A DNA stretch of 5,947 bases, taken from IMG/VR virus record IMGVR_UViG_3300025809_000007, one strand, 5' to 3'. Each line of letters begins with the position of its first letter. Position 1 is the first letter of the stretch. Shown here one piece after another: positions 5,164 through 5,947 of this stretch. A program made the position numbers and the translations under genes. The notes under the pieces are model-generated. The model worked only from the letters and a program-made list of their open reading frames with translations, made no database searches and was not told the DNA's origin. This stretch comes from a virus.

Positions 5164-5766
5164 TTTTTTTGCCCATAAGGTTTTTAAGCGTGCTTGAGTT
5201 TCAAGTTGCTTTTTTGTTAATACCCTTATTTGTGGCGCGCATATTTGGCGCCAATTTTTTAGTTCCCAGTGTGCAGGATCCCAAAAATCCCAATCATCAC
5301 CGCTGATTAGTTTTACATTGCATTTTCGCGCACATTCTTTCTGAATGGCGATCATGCAATCCCATTGCTTTTTTGACAAATTCCAACAATTTTTTGCGTG
5401 AATTATATCAATTGCGCAACCGTATTGGTGCGCGCTTTGTCCAGGCACAGCCTTTGACACGCCTTTGTCATACAGTTCTTGTTGTCGCGCGTGTGAGCGC
5501 TTCAGTTCGAAGGCTCGAACTGGTATATCACGCAATTTCATTGCTTTATGCACAGACTTCCAAAATTTTATTATATCGGGGTGTACACCCTCAAAATTTA
5601 ATGTGGTGTGCATTTGTTTATATTTGAACTGTTTCATTGCCTCTGGGTCGGCAAGCGACCTCATGGCTTCTATATGATCCTTATGTACCAATGGTTCCTC
5701 ACGATTGAAATAATGGATACGGTCTAAAAACCGTATCCATCTAAACCACTTATTCGGTGGTTTCAT
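5161..5766 (-). CDS. Peptidase M15-family (LAS-type zinc D,D- or L-Ala-D-Glu peptidase), endolysin-like cell-wall hydrolase, 201 aa
   Basis: The layout is that of M15 phage peptidases such as the T5 endolysin. It reads ...GVHPDIIKFWKSVHKAMKLRDIPVRAFELKRSHARQQELYDKGVSKAVPGQSAHQYGCAIDI...ISGDDWDFWDPAHWE.... This gives the Zn-ligand pattern H-x6-D (H113 at 5430-5428, D120 at 5409-5407, both codons checked) plus D-x2-H-x-E (D163, H166, E168). GAGGAAG (5782-5776) lies 9 nt upstream of the ATG at 5766. I see no N-terminal signal peptide. Confidence 0.85.
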   Translation of the reverse strand: MKPPNKWFRWIRFLDRIHYFNREEPLVHKDHIEAMRSLADPEAMKQFKYKQMHTTLNFEGVHPDIIKFWKSVHKAMKLRDIPVRAFELKRSHARQQELYDKGVSKAVPGQSAHQYGCAIDIIHAKNCWNLSKKQWDCMIAIQKECARKCNVKLISGDDWDFWDPAHWELKNWRQICAPQIRVLTKKQLETQARLKTLWAKK

Positions 5767-5947
5767 CGTTTTTTGCTTCCTCTTTTAGTAAGCTTTGTTC
5801 CTTGAGCGGTGGTATGTCTACACCGTCAACGTGATCAGCTAAATCATATCTATTGATTTCTTTTCGCAATTCAGCACGTTCAAGTCGCAATTCAGCTCTT
5901 TCCGCGTTTAACTCACGTTCACGACGTTGTTCATTAATCTGAACATA
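5750..5947 (-). CDS. C-terminal part of the wrap-around 189-aa hypothetical protein (same gene as 1-499; 5821-5947 duplicates 1-127)
   Basis: The reading frame from 127/5947 continues through 5820: ...DHVDGVDIPPLKEQSLLKEEAKNDETTE*. The stop is TAA at 5752-5750, which overlaps the peptidase start by 17 nt. Confidence 0.7.
   Translation of the reverse strand, partial: YVQINEQRRERELNAERAELRLERAELRKEINRYDLADHVDGVDIPPLKEQSLLKEEAKNDETTE
5821..5947. repeat. Terminal direct repeat, copy 2; exact duplicate of 1-127
   Basis: Same 127-nt string as 1-127. It implies a circular unit of 5,820 nt. Confidence 0.95.

Noticed and set aside
5146-5170. Plus-strand hairpin (5146-5163) followed by TTTTTTT (5164-5170), which looks like an intrinsic terminator for the plus strand
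   Set aside because: No credible plus-strand gene exists to terminate. The T-run is the complement of the codons for the C-terminal lysines of the peptidase, and the stem is only 7 bp.
1-5947. The 127-nt identical ends read as biological terminal repeats (LTR/DTR of a linear phage, or IS/transposon ends)
   Set aside because: The repeats are direct, and an ORF continues in frame across the implied junction. The gene content is that of a circular ssDNA microvirus. A 127-nt exact overlap is what de Bruijn assemblers leave on circular contigs at maximum k. It is best read as a linearisation artefact.
1-5947. CRISPR arrays, tRNA/rRNA genes, integrase or attachment sites, toxin-antitoxin or defence modules
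   Set aside because: I found no spaced repeat arrays, no cloverleaf-like segments, and no integrase- or recombinase-sized ORF. The 5.8-kb circle is fully accounted for by the phage genes listed.

Overview
This window is a complete circular genome of a small ssDNA phage of the family Microviridae. Bases 1-127 recur exactly at 5821-5947, which is the overlap left by linearising a circle, so the unit length is 5,820 nt. Every credible gene lies on the minus strand, so the window is the reverse complement of the coding, virion-sense strand. Reading along the coding strand, the order is:
- HUH rolling-circle Rep, VP4/protein A-like (5039->3990)
- a highly basic ORF overlapping the Rep 3' end (4095->3790)
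- a 197-nt AT-rich non-coding region (3789->3593)
- two tiny, translationally coupled membrane-protein ORFs absent from the ORF track (3592->3413 and 3416->3321)
- VP2-like DNA pilot/minor capsid protein (3320->2283)
- major capsid protein VP1/F (2224->563)
- a GC-rich hairpin (557->526)
- a 189-aa ORF that wraps the linearisation point (499->1, continuing 5820->5750)
- an M15-family (LAS) zinc peptidase (5766->5161)
- a long interrupted hairpin (5145->5101), then back to Rep.
The most unusual content for a microvirus is the peptidoglycan-peptidase-like gene. Together with the two unannotated small transmembrane ORFs, it suggests an endolysin/holin-type lysis strategy, or a virion-associated cell-wall hydrolase, rather than phiX174-type single-gene lysis. 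That link is inference and not proven here. I saw no tRNA, rRNA, CRISPR array or transposable element. The sequence is AT-rich by eye, and most genes have clear Shine-Dalgarno sites.
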